Assembly: GCA_034670305.1 (NCBI GenBank) | Contig: JAXMNT010000015.1 | Location: forward strand, 64,001 to 128,000 | Source: Deltaproteobacteria bacterium | GTDB lineage: Bacteria > Myxococcota_A > Polyangia > Polyangiales > Houyiibacteriaceae | Reading direction: 5' to 3' | Length of the DNA: 64,000 bases | Shown here: positions 1-8,288 of the stretch, piece after piece | Position numbering within the stretch: position 1 is the stretch's first letter | How the letters are laid out: every line of letters begins with the position of its first letter | Position numbers and translations under genes: made by a program | Notes under the pieces: generated by a model | What the model was told of the DNA's origin: nothing | The model's input: the letters and a program-made list of their open reading frames with translations, nothing else | Database searches by the model: none

Positions 1-102
1 CTGGTGCAAGCGATGCGCAAGACGGTCCAGACCTCGACCTACATGGAGAAGATGGGACCGTTCTTCGTGGGGCGTGTGCTGATGAGCCGCGTCGGAGAAT
101 AA
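1..102 (+). CDS. 3' end of an unknown protein (truncated by window edge)
   Basis: Frame 1 is open from base 1 (LVQAMRKTVQ...SRVGE) to TAA at 100-102, 2 nt before the aroC start; GC-rich third positions. Confidence 0.6.
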   Translation: MVQAMRKTVQTSTYMEKMGPFFVGRVLMSRVGE

Positions 103-104
103 CG

Positions 105-1202
105 ATGCCGGGCAGCAGTGTGGGTCGTGCGTTTCGGGTCACGACCGCGGGCGAGAGCCACGGCGCAGGCAACGTCGTGATCGTCGAGGGCTGCCCGCCA
201 GGCATCGAGCTGAGCGCGGCCGATCTGCAGCCGGACCTCGACCGCCGCAAACCCGGTCAGTCGTCGCTGGTGACGCAGCGCAAGGAACCGGACGACGCCG
301 AGATTCTCAGCGGCGTGTTCGAAGGGAAGACGACCGGCACGCCGATCGCGATCCTGGTGCGCAACAAGGACGCCAAGAGCAAGGACTACTCGGCGATTCG
401 AGAGCTGTACCGGCCGGGTCACGCCGACCACTCCTTCGACGCGAAGTTCGGACGCCGCGACCACCGAGGGGGCGGTCGTTCGAGCGCCCGCGAGACCGTG
501 GCCCGCGTGGCCGCTGGCGCGATCGCGAAGAAGGTCCTGAAGCTGCAATGCGGCGCCGACGTGCTCGGCTACGTGATCCAGGTCGGCAGCATCAAAGCGA
601 CGGTGCCGGACGACGTGACGCTCGCCCAGGTGGAGACGTTGCCCGACGGATCTCAGAACGAGGTGCGCTGCCCCGATCCCAAGGCGTCGCTGGAGATGGC
701 CGCCTTGATCCGCGCCGTCCGCAAAGACCAGGACTCGATCGGCGGCATCGCGGAGATCGTTGCGCGCGGGGTGCCGGCTGGGCTTGGCGCGCCGGTGTTC
801 GACAAACTCAAGGCGGACCTCGCCAAAGCGCTCTTCAGTCTGCCGGCGGTGCTCGGCGTCGAGTACGGCGCCGGCTTCGCGGTGGCCGAGCGCCGCGGCA
901 GCGAGAACAACGACATCTTCGTGATGCAAGACGGCGAAGTCCGCACCGAGACCAACCACCACGGCGGCATGCTCGGTGGGATCTCGAGCGGCATGCCGAT
1001 CGTGCTGCGGGCCGCGGTGAAACCCACGTCGAGTTTGCCCCGCGAGCAGCGCACCATCTCCCGAGACGGCCAGCCGGCCACCATCCGCACCACCGGCCGC
1101 CACGACCCGTGCCTGTTGCCGCGCTTCGTGCCGATGGCCGAAGCGATGGTCGCGCTGGTCCTGGTCGACCACTGGCTCCGCCAGAAGTCGGTCAGACCCT
1201 AG
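105..1202 (+). CDS. aroC: Chorismate synthase
   Basis: Motifs TTAGESHG, RPGHAD, GGGRSSARET, KPTSS, GRHDPC. Confidence 0.97.
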   Translation: MPGSSVGRAFRVTTAGESHGAGNVVIVEGCPPGIELSAADLQPDLDRRKPGQSSLVTQRKEPDDAEILSGVFEGKTTGTPIAILVRNKDAKSKDYSAIRELYRPGHADHSFDAKFGRRDHRGGGRSSARETVARVAAGAIAKKVLKLQCGADVLGYVIQVGSIKATVPDDVTLAQVETLPDGSQNEVRCPDPKASLEMAALIRAVRKDQDSIGGIAEIVARGVPAGLGAPVFDKLKADLAKALFSLPAVLGVEYGAGFAVAERRGSENNDIFVMQDGEVRTETNHHGGMLGGISSGMPIVLRAAVKPTSSLPREQRTISRDGQPATIRTTGRHDPCLLPRFVPMAEAMVALVLVDHWLRQKSVRP

Positions 1203-1265
1203 CCACGCCCGCGAGACGGGCGCGGTCTGAACCGAGCAGTCTGCTCCTTGCGCCGAGCTCCCCCA

Positions 1266-1296
1266 CGAGGGCAAGGGCAAGGGCACGGGCAAGGGC
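1266..1296 (+). repeat. (GGGCAA)-type hexamer tract, G-quadruplex-like
   Basis: GGGCAAGGGCAAGGGCACGGGCAAGGG between convergent genes; 26 nt identical to 25518-25543. Confidence 0.8.
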
Positions 1297-1323
1297 TGAC
1301 TCTGACGCTTTCAGCATTCAGAG

Positions 1324-2586
1324 TCAGGTCGCGGTCCAGGTACTCACGTCGTTGCTGATGCCGGCGGAACCGCAGCCGCTGTTGACCGTTCGGGTCGTTT
1401 CGACACGGATCGTATAGGTCGGTCCGGTGATCGCCCCGAACGTGAAGCTGCCAGTGGCCGTCGAGGCGCCCGGCATCACCGCGAAGGTCCCGACCGGGGT
1501 GCCGTTGATCACCACGCGCATGTCCTGGTTGTCGCAACTGAGCGAGTTGCCTTCGAGCGTCATGCTGAACGATACGCCGGTCATGCTCGGCAAACCCAGG
1601 GTGCGGTTGCCCTCGATGTAGTCGCCCGCGTTCCAGAGGTTCGGGAACCGGGTGACGCGGGTGTCGCCGCTGCTGGGGAACGTGAAGTTCTCCATCGGGG
1701 AGCGGCACACCGAGCTGAGGCACATCTGTCCCGGTGCGCAGACCATCGCGCAGGTTCCGCAGTTCATCTCATCGGTGGTCGTGTCGACACAACTGCCACT
1801 GCAGTTGGTGAGCGCGCCGCAGTCGGTGACGCACGCGCCGCTGTTGCACACTTCGCCCGCTTCGCAGGCCATGCCGCACGCGCCGCAGTTGGCGGCGTCG
1901 CTGGACGTGTCGATGCAGGTGCCGCCGCAGTTCATGCCGCCGGGGCAATCGAGGAAACACGCGCCGGCGACACAGGTCTCGCTGCCGACGCAGGCCGCAT
2001 CGCAGGCACCGCAGTGGGCGACCGAGGTGCTGGTGTCCACACACGTCCCGCCGCAACCGGTCTCTCCGTCCGGACAGGGCGACGCGCAGCTCCCCGCGTT
2101 GCAGACCATGTCTGCTCCACACACGTTGCCGCAGACGCCGCAGTTCGAGGTGTCGGTCGCTGGATCGATGCAGACGCCCTCGCAGTTGAGTTCGTCCTCC
2201 GCGCACACGACCACACACGCGCCGCCCATGCAGCGCGTCCCGCCCATGCAGCGCGTGCCGCAGGTGCCGCAGTTGAGAATGTCCATCGAGAGATCGGTGC
2301 AGGTGCGTCCACACGCGGTCTCGGGCGCCGTGCAGTCGGGCATGCAGACCCCAGCCACACAGTCCTCGCCCTCGAAACAAGCGAGGCCACATCCACCGCA
2401 GTGCTGGGTGCTCGTCTCGGGGTCGTGGCAGGTGCCGAGACACTCGACTTCGCCAACGGCGCAGCCGCCATCCGAGCCCATCGGCGCATCCGGGCGCGGG
2501 CCAGAGTCCACCGTACCCACGGGCGTCGCCGAACACGCCATGATCCCCACCAAGAGCAACACACCACCCAGCCGCAATGAATCCAT
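1324..2586 (-). CDS. Cysteine-rich repeat lipoprotein (myxobacterial MXAN_6577-like CxxxCxDxxxDxxNCGxCGxxC repeats) with C-terminal beta domain
   Basis: Lipobox-like LLVGIMAC; about six repeats such as CGGTCVDTSTSVAHCGACDAAC. Confidence 0.85.
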   Translation of the reverse strand: MDSLRLGGVLLLVGIMACSATPVGTVDSGPRPDAPMGSDGGCAVGEVECLGTCHDPETSTQHCGGCGLACFEGEDCVAGVCMPDCTAPETACGRTCTDLSMDILNCGTCGTRCMGGTRCMGGACVVVCAEDELNCEGVCIDPATDTSNCGVCGNVCGADMVCNAGSCASPCPDGETGCGGTCVDTSTSVAHCGACDAACVGSETCVAGACFLDCPGGMNCGGTCIDTSSDAANCGACGMACEAGEVCNSGACVTDCGALTNCSGSCVDTTTDEMNCGTCAMVCAPGQMCLSSVCRSPMENFTFPSSGDTRVTRFPNLWNAGDYIEGNRTLGLPSMTGVSFSMTLEGNSLSCDNQDMRVVINGTPVGTFAVMPGASTATGSFTFGAITGPTYTIRVETTRTVNSGCGSAGISNDVSTWTAT

Positions 2587-2590
2587 ACCG

Positions 2591-3502
2591 TCAGGATATC
2601 AGGTCGAGCGCCTTCTCGAAGTACAGGACGTCCGGCTCGGGATTCTCGGTGTACGGCGCGGTTCGTTCGAACCCGAGCGACTCGTACAGATGCACCGCCG
2701 GCTCGAGCCGCGCGAGCGTGTCGAGACGCAACACGCGGTACCCCTCGTCGCACGCTGCGACGCGCAGGGCGTCGGCCATCCGTCGACCGAGGCGTGCCTT
2801 TCCGCGGAACGCCGGTGCTACGAACATGCGCTTGAGTTCGGCGGCGTCGTTCGAAGACCGCTCGGCCCGCAAGGCCGCACACCCGACGAGGACGCGATCC
2901 GATTGTTGTTCGGCTACGAGCAACCGGCCGCCTGGTGGCGCGTAGGCACCGGGGAGTTCGGCGAGTTCTCGATCGAATCCTTGAAAGCAGAGGTCGATTC
3001 CGAGCTCCGCCTCGTAGGCCCGGAAGAGTCGGCGCACGTCGTCGAGGTCGGTCTCGGTAGCCCAGCGCAAACGAATCGCAGGCGGTGCGGTGGCGGCTTC
3101 GATGGGCCCGAGATCGGGTGGGACGAACCCGGCGCGTGCGACGTCCGACGAGAGGGTCTCCACCCGATAGAACCGGCGGAGGAACGTCTTGTCCGCGTGG
3201 GTCTCGAGGCGGGCGAACGCGTTCGCCGGTTCCGACCGGAACGTGCGCTCGACGACCTCCATCCACGCCCGAGTGATGGACTCGTGGTAGCGGTCCGGTG
3301 GGATGCCGAGGGTACGCAGCACGACCGCGAGCAATGCGCGCATGTCGGTGAGCGCCTCGGCGGACCCACGGGTCTCCACGAAGTGAAGCGCCACCGCGAG
3401 GTGGGCCCGGTGGGTCCAGGTCGCTTCGTCGACCTCGCCTGCCGCGACGCGTTGCGCGAACGCCGCGCGTTCAGGCGCGGCGTGGAAGTCGACTTCGGTC
3501 AC
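2591..3502 (-). CDS. GNAT N-acetyltransferase fused to an N-terminal uncharacterised helical domain
   Basis: C-terminal GNAT motifs (GIDLCFQGF, ELKRMFV, RLDTL, LYESLGF); N-terminal WTHRAHL...YHESIT...VPPDL domain. Confidence 0.85.
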   Translation of the reverse strand: MTEVDFHAAPERAAFAQRVAAGEVDEATWTHRAHLAVALHFVETRGSAEALTDMRALLAVVLRTLGIPPDRYHESITRAWMEVVERTFRSEPANAFARLETHADKTFLRRFYRVETLSSDVARAGFVPPDLGPIEAATAPPAIRLRWATETDLDDVRRLFRAYEAELGIDLCFQGFDRELAELPGAYAPPGGRLLVAEQQSDRVLVGCAALRAERSSNDAAELKRMFVAPAFRGKARLGRRMADALRVAACDEGYRVLRLDTLARLEPAVHLYESLGFERTAPYTENPEPDVLYFEKALDLIS

Positions 3503-3509
3503 CGTCCGG

Positions 3510-3746
3510 CTACGTGAAACGCCAGAGCAGCAGGCCGCCGACCACAGCGAGCAGAAGCAACGTCCAGATGTGGTCGGCCCACGTCTTGCGCTTCTTCTTC
3601 TCGACCCCGACCGCTCGGCGGAACCCGCCGACCATGCTCTGCATGGCGCCGCCCCCGGTCTCGGTCACCGGTTTGCCCTGCGGCCCCGCGTACTTCCGAT
3701 CGCGCTTCTTCGTGCCACCGGACTTTTTCTGACGCTTCTTGCCCAT
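3510..3746 (-). CDS. Small basic protein with C-terminal transmembrane helix
   Basis: ATG at 3746 after a GGGGAG SD; MGKKRQKK...WTLLLLAVVGGLLLWRFT; packed tightly between neighbours. Confidence 0.7.
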   Translation of the reverse strand: MGKKRQKKSGGTKKRDRKYAGPQGKPVTETGGGAMQSMVGGFRRAVGVEKKKRKTWADHIWTLLLLAVVGGLLLWRFT

Positions 3747-3748
3747 TG

Positions 3749-4771
3749 TTAACTCCCCACGCGAACAACCACTTTTCCGAAGTGGGTGCCGCTGGCCATC
3801 TTCTCGAACGCTTCGGGGGCCGCGGAGAAGTCGAACACTTCGTCCACGACCGGCTGCATCTGGTGCGCGGCGATCGCGCGATTCATCGACTCGAATCCCG
3901 CCCGGTGTCCCACCAGGATCCCTTGCACCCGAATCTGATTCATCAAGATCTTCGTGAGCGCAATCGGTGTCTGCACGCCGGAGAGGATTCCGATGAGTGA
4001 GATGGTGCCGCCAATGCGCACCGCGCGCAGCGACTGGTCGAGGGTCTTCGCCCCGCCCACCTCGATCACGTGGTCGACGCCGCCGTCCGTGAACCCCGCC
4101 GCCGTCTTGCCCCACGCTTCGTCGGACCGGTAGTTGATCGTCTTCCAAGCGCCGAGTGCGGAGGCGCGCTCGAGTTTCTCATCGCTGCTGGAGGTGACGA
4201 CGACGCGCGCACCGAGGATCTGTGCGAACTGCAGGGCGAAGAGGCTGACGCCGCCGGTCCCTTGCACGAGCACCACATCGCCGGGCCCGACCCGCCCTTC
4301 GACCGCCAGTGCGGACCATGCGGTGAGCGCGGCACACGGCAACGTGGCCGCGGCTTCGTCGCTCAGATGCGCGGGCACCTTCACGAGCCCCTCTGCGTCA
4401 AGCGTGCGGTGAGTGGCCAAGAGGCCAGGCAGCGGTCCGCCCCGCGTGTGCCGCGCCACGTCGCGGTTCGGCGGACCGTCGAGCCATCGGGGTGCAAACG
4501 TTGCGGCGACTCGGTCCCCGACGGCGACGCGCGTCACGCCTTCGCCCACCGCGACGACCTCGCCCATGCCATCCGACACCGGCACGAGCGGCAGGCGCAT
4601 GCGCGGGTCGTACTGGCCCTTGACCATCAACAGGTCGCGGAAGTTCAGCGACGCCGCCCGAATGGCGATGGTCGCCTGCTTCGGCCCCGGCGCCGGCTCC
4701 ACCACCTCCGCCCGCTTCAACTGGTCCAGACCGAACGCATCGATCGACCAGGCGTGGCCTGAAAACGTCAA
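3749..4771 (-). CDS. Zinc-type (MDR family) NAD(P)-dependent alcohol dehydrogenase-like oxidoreductase
   Basis: ASLNFRDL, PVSDGMG, LPCAALTAW, QGTGGVS, HFGKVVV; TTG start overlaps the upstream TGA (TTGA). Confidence 0.92.
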   Translation of the reverse strand: MTFSGHAWSIDAFGLDQLKRAEVVEPAPGPKQATIAIRAASLNFRDLLMVKGQYDPRMRLPLVPVSDGMGEVVAVGEGVTRVAVGDRVAATFAPRWLDGPPNRDVARHTRGGPLPGLLATHRTLDAEGLVKVPAHLSDEAAATLPCAALTAWSALAVEGRVGPGDVVLVQGTGGVSLFALQFAQILGARVVVTSSSDEKLERASALGAWKTINYRSDEAWGKTAAGFTDGGVDHVIEVGGAKTLDQSLRAVRIGGTISLIGILSGVQTPIALTKILMNQIRVQGILVGHRAGFESMNRAIAAHQMQPVVDEVFDFSAAPEAFEKMASGTHFGKVVVRVGS

Positions 4772-5043
4772 CTCATCGCCGTGGGCGTCATGTCGAGCGG
4801 CGGATCGAACTCGAGCCGTTCCTCGACGAGGAAATGCGGCACCCCCTCGATCACGAGGTACGCCCGAGACCCATCGGCGCTCACGTACGCGCCCTCCACC
4901 GACTCCGGCAGTGCCCCGCCATCCGGGCGCGTCGCCGCCCCGCACTTCAGCGCGCTCTCGAGCTGGGCAATCGTCTTCGAATCCGCGAGAAACAAGGGCG
5001 CGTGCCCCTCGGGATCGGCGAACGGTACAGATGAATCGGTCAC
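4768..5043 (-). CDS. Trm112-like small protein
   Basis: FADPEGHAPL...AYLVIEGVPHFLVEE resembles the Trm112/YcaR pattern; coupled to the downstream gene. Confidence 0.65.
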   Translation of the reverse strand: MTDSSVPFADPEGHAPLFLADSKTIAQLESALKCGAATRPDGGALPESVEGAYVSADGSRAYLVIEGVPHFLVEERLEFDPPLDMTPTAMS

Positions 5044-5091
5044 GCCAGGGACCTTAGAGCAACCACGAACGGCCGTCGAACAGAGCCCACC

Positions 5092-6075
5092 TCAACGGGA
5101 AGAGGAAGGGTCGGGCTCGGCATCGGCATCGGATTCGGCGGCGGCATCGTCATCGGCTTCGGCGTCGGCTTCGGCGTCGGCATCGGCTTCGGCGTCGGCT
5201 TCGGCGTCGGCATCGGCTTCGGCATCGGCGTCGGATTCGGCTTCCGCGCCCGCGTCCGCTTCCGCTTCCGCTTCCGCTTCCGCTTCCGCTTCCGCCCCGA
5301 AGGCCGGCATGTTCCGCAAGACCCCAAACGCCAGTATCGCGTTCGTGAACACGATGCCTTCCGCGATGACGATGCCGTGCACCTGCGTCACGTAGACCGC
5401 CGCCGCGTCGAGCGCCGCGTGCCACACCACCGCCAACCACACCCAGCGCGACTCGCCGGTTGCGACCGCCCGGCACACGAGCACGGAGAACGCGACGTGT
5501 GCGACGATCGTCATCACCCGCTCGAGGGCGCCAAACAGCGGCAGCGGCCAGTAAGTGTCCCAGTACGCGCGGGCCTGCTCGACGACCTCCCCGACCTGCG
5601 CTTCGGGCACCCCCATCGCCATCAACTGCTCGGGACCGGCGCCGCGGATCGAGAGCATGCCGAGCAGCGTCAACGCGACGAGGCCGCCAAGTGCGATCGA
5701 CTCCACCCCGCCATGCCCGAGACCGTGCGCGATGCCGCCAGCGCGCGTCAGCCATGCAGGTCGGCGCCGATGCACCATCCGCAACCCGACGTACCGCGCC
5801 CACTCTTCGCACACGCCCGCGCTCAGCCCGAGCAGGATCGCGACCACCACGAACGAGGGATTCAGACTCAGTCCGCGCGCGAGCTTCTGGGCAAAGAGGT
5901 TCAGTGGGATGTGCAGGATCTGAGAGGCGGCGAACGTGGCCGTACCCACGGCCACGAGCACCAACGTCGGTCGCACCGATCGGTCCGGGATCCGCCGACG
6001 CGCCGCAAGCACCACGACCGCCACGATCGGGACGAGCACCATCACCGCGATCTCGAGGAGCGTCAGGCTCAGCAT
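5092..6075 (-). CDS. YhfC-family intramembrane glutamic metalloprotease with acidic repeat tail
   Basis: AGVCEEWARY, GLGHGGVES, FGALER, HAALD motifs; multiple TM helices; ATG at 6075 overlaps the cbiX end. Confidence 0.88.
   Translation of the reverse strand: MLSLTLLEIAVMVLVPIVAVVVLAARRRIPDRSVRPTLVLVAVGTATFAASQILHIPLNLFAQKLARGLSLNPSFVVVAILLGLSAGVCEEWARYVGLRMVHRRRPAWLTRAGGIAHGLGHGGVESIALGGLVALTLLGMLSIRGAGPEQLMAMGVPEAQVGEVVEQARAYWDTYWPLPLFGALERVMTIVAHVAFSVLVCRAVATGESRWVWLAVVWHAALDAAAVYVTQVHGIVIAEGIVFTNAILAFGVLRNMPAFGAEAEAEAEAEAEADAGAEAESDADAEADADAEADAEADADAEADAEADDDAAAESDADAEPDPSSSR
5111..5295. repeat. Mosaic hexamer array (TCGGCN/TCCGCT on +) inside the YhfC 3' end
   Basis: Tandem TCGGCT/TCGGCG/TCGGCA then TCCGCT units; encodes (AE)n(AD)n. 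Confidence 0.95.
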
Positions 6076-6455
6076 TCGAAGTCGACCTCGTCGAACCGCG
6101 AGAGCAGGAGGCGCAGCAACAGGGGCGACGGGGCCAGCGGCGCGGCGACGCGAAAGGCGACCGAGCGACCGTCGCGATCCGGGTGGGCTGCGGCGGCCTC
6201 CGCCATCTCGCGCGGCACGTCCTGAGTCGTGTGGCGGCCGGGCCCGAGAAAGAATGGCACCGCCACCACCTCGGTGGCGCCCGCTTCGACACACGCAAGA
6301 AAGCCCTCCGCGATCGTGGGGCCGGCGATCTCGAGATGGGCGCATCGCACGATCAAATCGGGTCGACTCTCCTGAAGATCCGCGGCGATCTGCGCCGAGA
6401 GCGCGTTGGCCTCGGCGCGGCGGGACCCATGATCGATGAGAAGCAGCGCGCGCAT
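6069..6455 (-). CDS. cbiX: Short sirohydrochlorin chelatase (CbiX/SirB family)
   Basis: LLIDHGSR, AHLEIAGPTI, VPFFLGPGRH motifs. Confidence 0.85.
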   Translation of the reverse strand: MRALLLIDHGSRRAEANALSAQIAADLQESRPDLIVRCAHLEIAGPTIAEGFLACVEAGATEVVAVPFFLGPGRHTTQDVPREMAEAAAAHPDRDGRSVAFRVAAPLAPSPLLLRLLLSRFDEVDFEC

Positions 6456-6478
6456 GGGCTCGTGCTACCACGGGGCAC

Positions 6479-7282
6479 GTGACGCCCGCATCTCCCTCGA
6501 CGGCCGAGGCCGAAGCTTTCGAGACCGGATTCGGACGGGTGTCTCTGGTCGACGAGGGTCCGCCCGATGGCAAGGCGTGGGTACTCGTACACGGGATCCC
6601 CGGCAGCGCCCGCGACTTCCGCTGGTTCACGCCAGCGCTCCGAGCCGCGGCGCCCTCGGACCGCATCGTCCGCGTGGAGATGCCGGGGTTCGGGGCAACC
6701 CCGCTGCAAACGGAGCCGGACCCGTCCGTCGAAGCGCGGGCCCGCTACGTCTGCGACGTGGTGGCGGCCCTCCCCCTCGAGCGGCCGATCCTGGTCGGAC
6801 ACTCGATGGGCGGCGTGGTCGGCACGATGGCCGCGACGCTGCACCCGGAACGGTTCGCGGGTCTCGCGCTGGTGAGCAGCCCGGGACTGACCAAGCACCG
6901 CGGCCTGCGTGCGTTCCCCGCGAAGCGGCTCGCGTGGATCCTCGGCCTACCGGGTGCCGCGCGACTGTTGCGAAGACGGCTGCGCGCGGGGTTCGAGCGG
7001 GCCGGATTCCGCGGACACGACGACGCCGTCCTGCAACACACGGTGCGCTGTGTGGCGGCGCTCGACATCGACGCGCACGCGGCGCGGCTGAAGGGTCTGC
7101 GGGCGCTCGGCGTGGCGACCCACCAGAGCTACGGCATCGACGACCCGCTCATCGAACGCGACATCTTCGAAGCGCTGGCAGAGTTCGTCGACGTGACCTT
7201 GAGGTTCGAGTCGGGCGGGCACAATCCACAGAAGGCGTTCGCAGTCGAACTCGCGGAGGCGCTGGTGGCCTGGCAGTCGTGA
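6479..7282 (+). CDS. Alpha/beta hydrolase
   Basis: LVHGIPGS, GHSMGG nucleophile elbow, GGHNPQ. Confidence 0.9.
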   Translation: MTPASPSTAEAEAFETGFGRVSLVDEGPPDGKAWVLVHGIPGSARDFRWFTPALRAAAPSDRIVRVEMPGFGATPLQTEPDPSVEARARYVCDVVAALPLERPILVGHSMGGVVGTMAATLHPERFAGLALVSSPGLTKHRGLRAFPAKRLAWILGLPGAARLLRRRLRAGFERAGFRGHDDAVLQHTVRCVAALDIDAHAARLKGLRALGVATHQSYGIDDPLIERDIFEALAEFVDVTLRFESGGHNPQKAFAVELAEALVAWQS

Positions 7283-8241
7283 CGCGGCGCGGCCTGTCGC
7301 ACTCGAGCCTCGAGTGGGTCGAGACCAGGACTCGAGCACCGGTCGTCGGTCAGACCCACGTCCAGACACTCTGGAGCGGGTACGGCGCGATCACTCGACT
7401 CGAGCTCGAGGACGGTCGAACGGTGGTGCTGAAGGAAGTCGCCCCCGCCGACGAGACCACCCACCCCCGCGGCTGGAGCGGCCGTCGCTCGCATGAACGC
7501 AAACTCCGTTCGTACGAAGTCGAACACCGTTTCTACGCGTCGCACGTGGGCGGGTCCGGTTTGCCGCGCGTCCCCACCCCGATCGCGCTCGACCGCTCGG
7601 CGACCGGTTGGCGCTTCTTGCTCGAAGATCTGGACGCGGCCGGCTACGCAGGACGCGCTCGCTCTGGTGCCACCGACATCCATGCGTGTCTCACGTGGCT
7701 CGCGGGTTTCCATGGGCACTTTCTTGGGCAGCCGCCGGATGGGTTGTGGCCCACCGGCACGTACTGGCACCTCGCGACCCGCCCCGACGAGCTGGCCGTC
7801 ACCGAAGACCGCGTGTTGAAACGCGCCGCGGCGGGACTCGACCGACTCCTGAACACCTGCCAGCACCAGAGCTTCGTGCACGGCGACGCCAAACTCGCCA
7901 ACTTCTGCTTCGGCGACACTGCAGACGGGGTGGCCGCGGTCGACTTCCAATACGTGGGTGGCGGCTGCGGCATGAAGGACGTCGCCTACTTCTTCAGCAG
8001 CATCTGGCACGACCGCGAATGCCGCGCCCGCGCACCCGCAGCGCTCGACTTCTACTTCGAGCGACTGCGCGAAGCCGTGCCCAGTGGTACGGACGCCGAC
8101 GCGCTCGAATCGGAGTGGCGCGCGCTCTACCCGGTGGCCTGGGCGGACTTCCACCGGTTCCTCTCAGGTTGGGCACCGAGCCACCAGAAGATCCACCCCT
8201 ACACCCGAGCGATGACAGAGGCCGCCCTTCGCCTGCTCTAG
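7279..8241 (+). CDS. Choline/aminoglycoside/ecdysteroid-kinase-like phosphotransferase
   Basis: LLEDL, HGDAKLANF, AVDFQY, KDVAYF; GTG start overlaps the upstream TGA. Confidence 0.88.
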   Translation: MTRRGLSHSSLEWVETRTRAPVVGQTHVQTLWSGYGAITRLELEDGRTVVLKEVAPADETTHPRGWSGRRSHERKLRSYEVEHRFYASHVGGSGLPRVPTPIALDRSATGWRFLLEDLDAAGYAGRARSGATDIHACLTWLAGFHGHFLGQPPDGLWPTGTYWHLATRPDELAVTEDRVLKRAAAGLDRLLNTCQHQSFVHGDAKLANFCFGDTADGVAAVDFQYVGGGCGMKDVAYFFSSIWHDRECRARAPAALDFYFERLREAVPSGTDADALESEWRALYPVAWADFHRFLSGWAPSHQKIHPYTRAMTEAALRLL

Positions 8242-8288
8242 CCGGTGCTGTTTTCGGGAACCGCAGCGCTGCGCTGCTGCGCGCGGCG

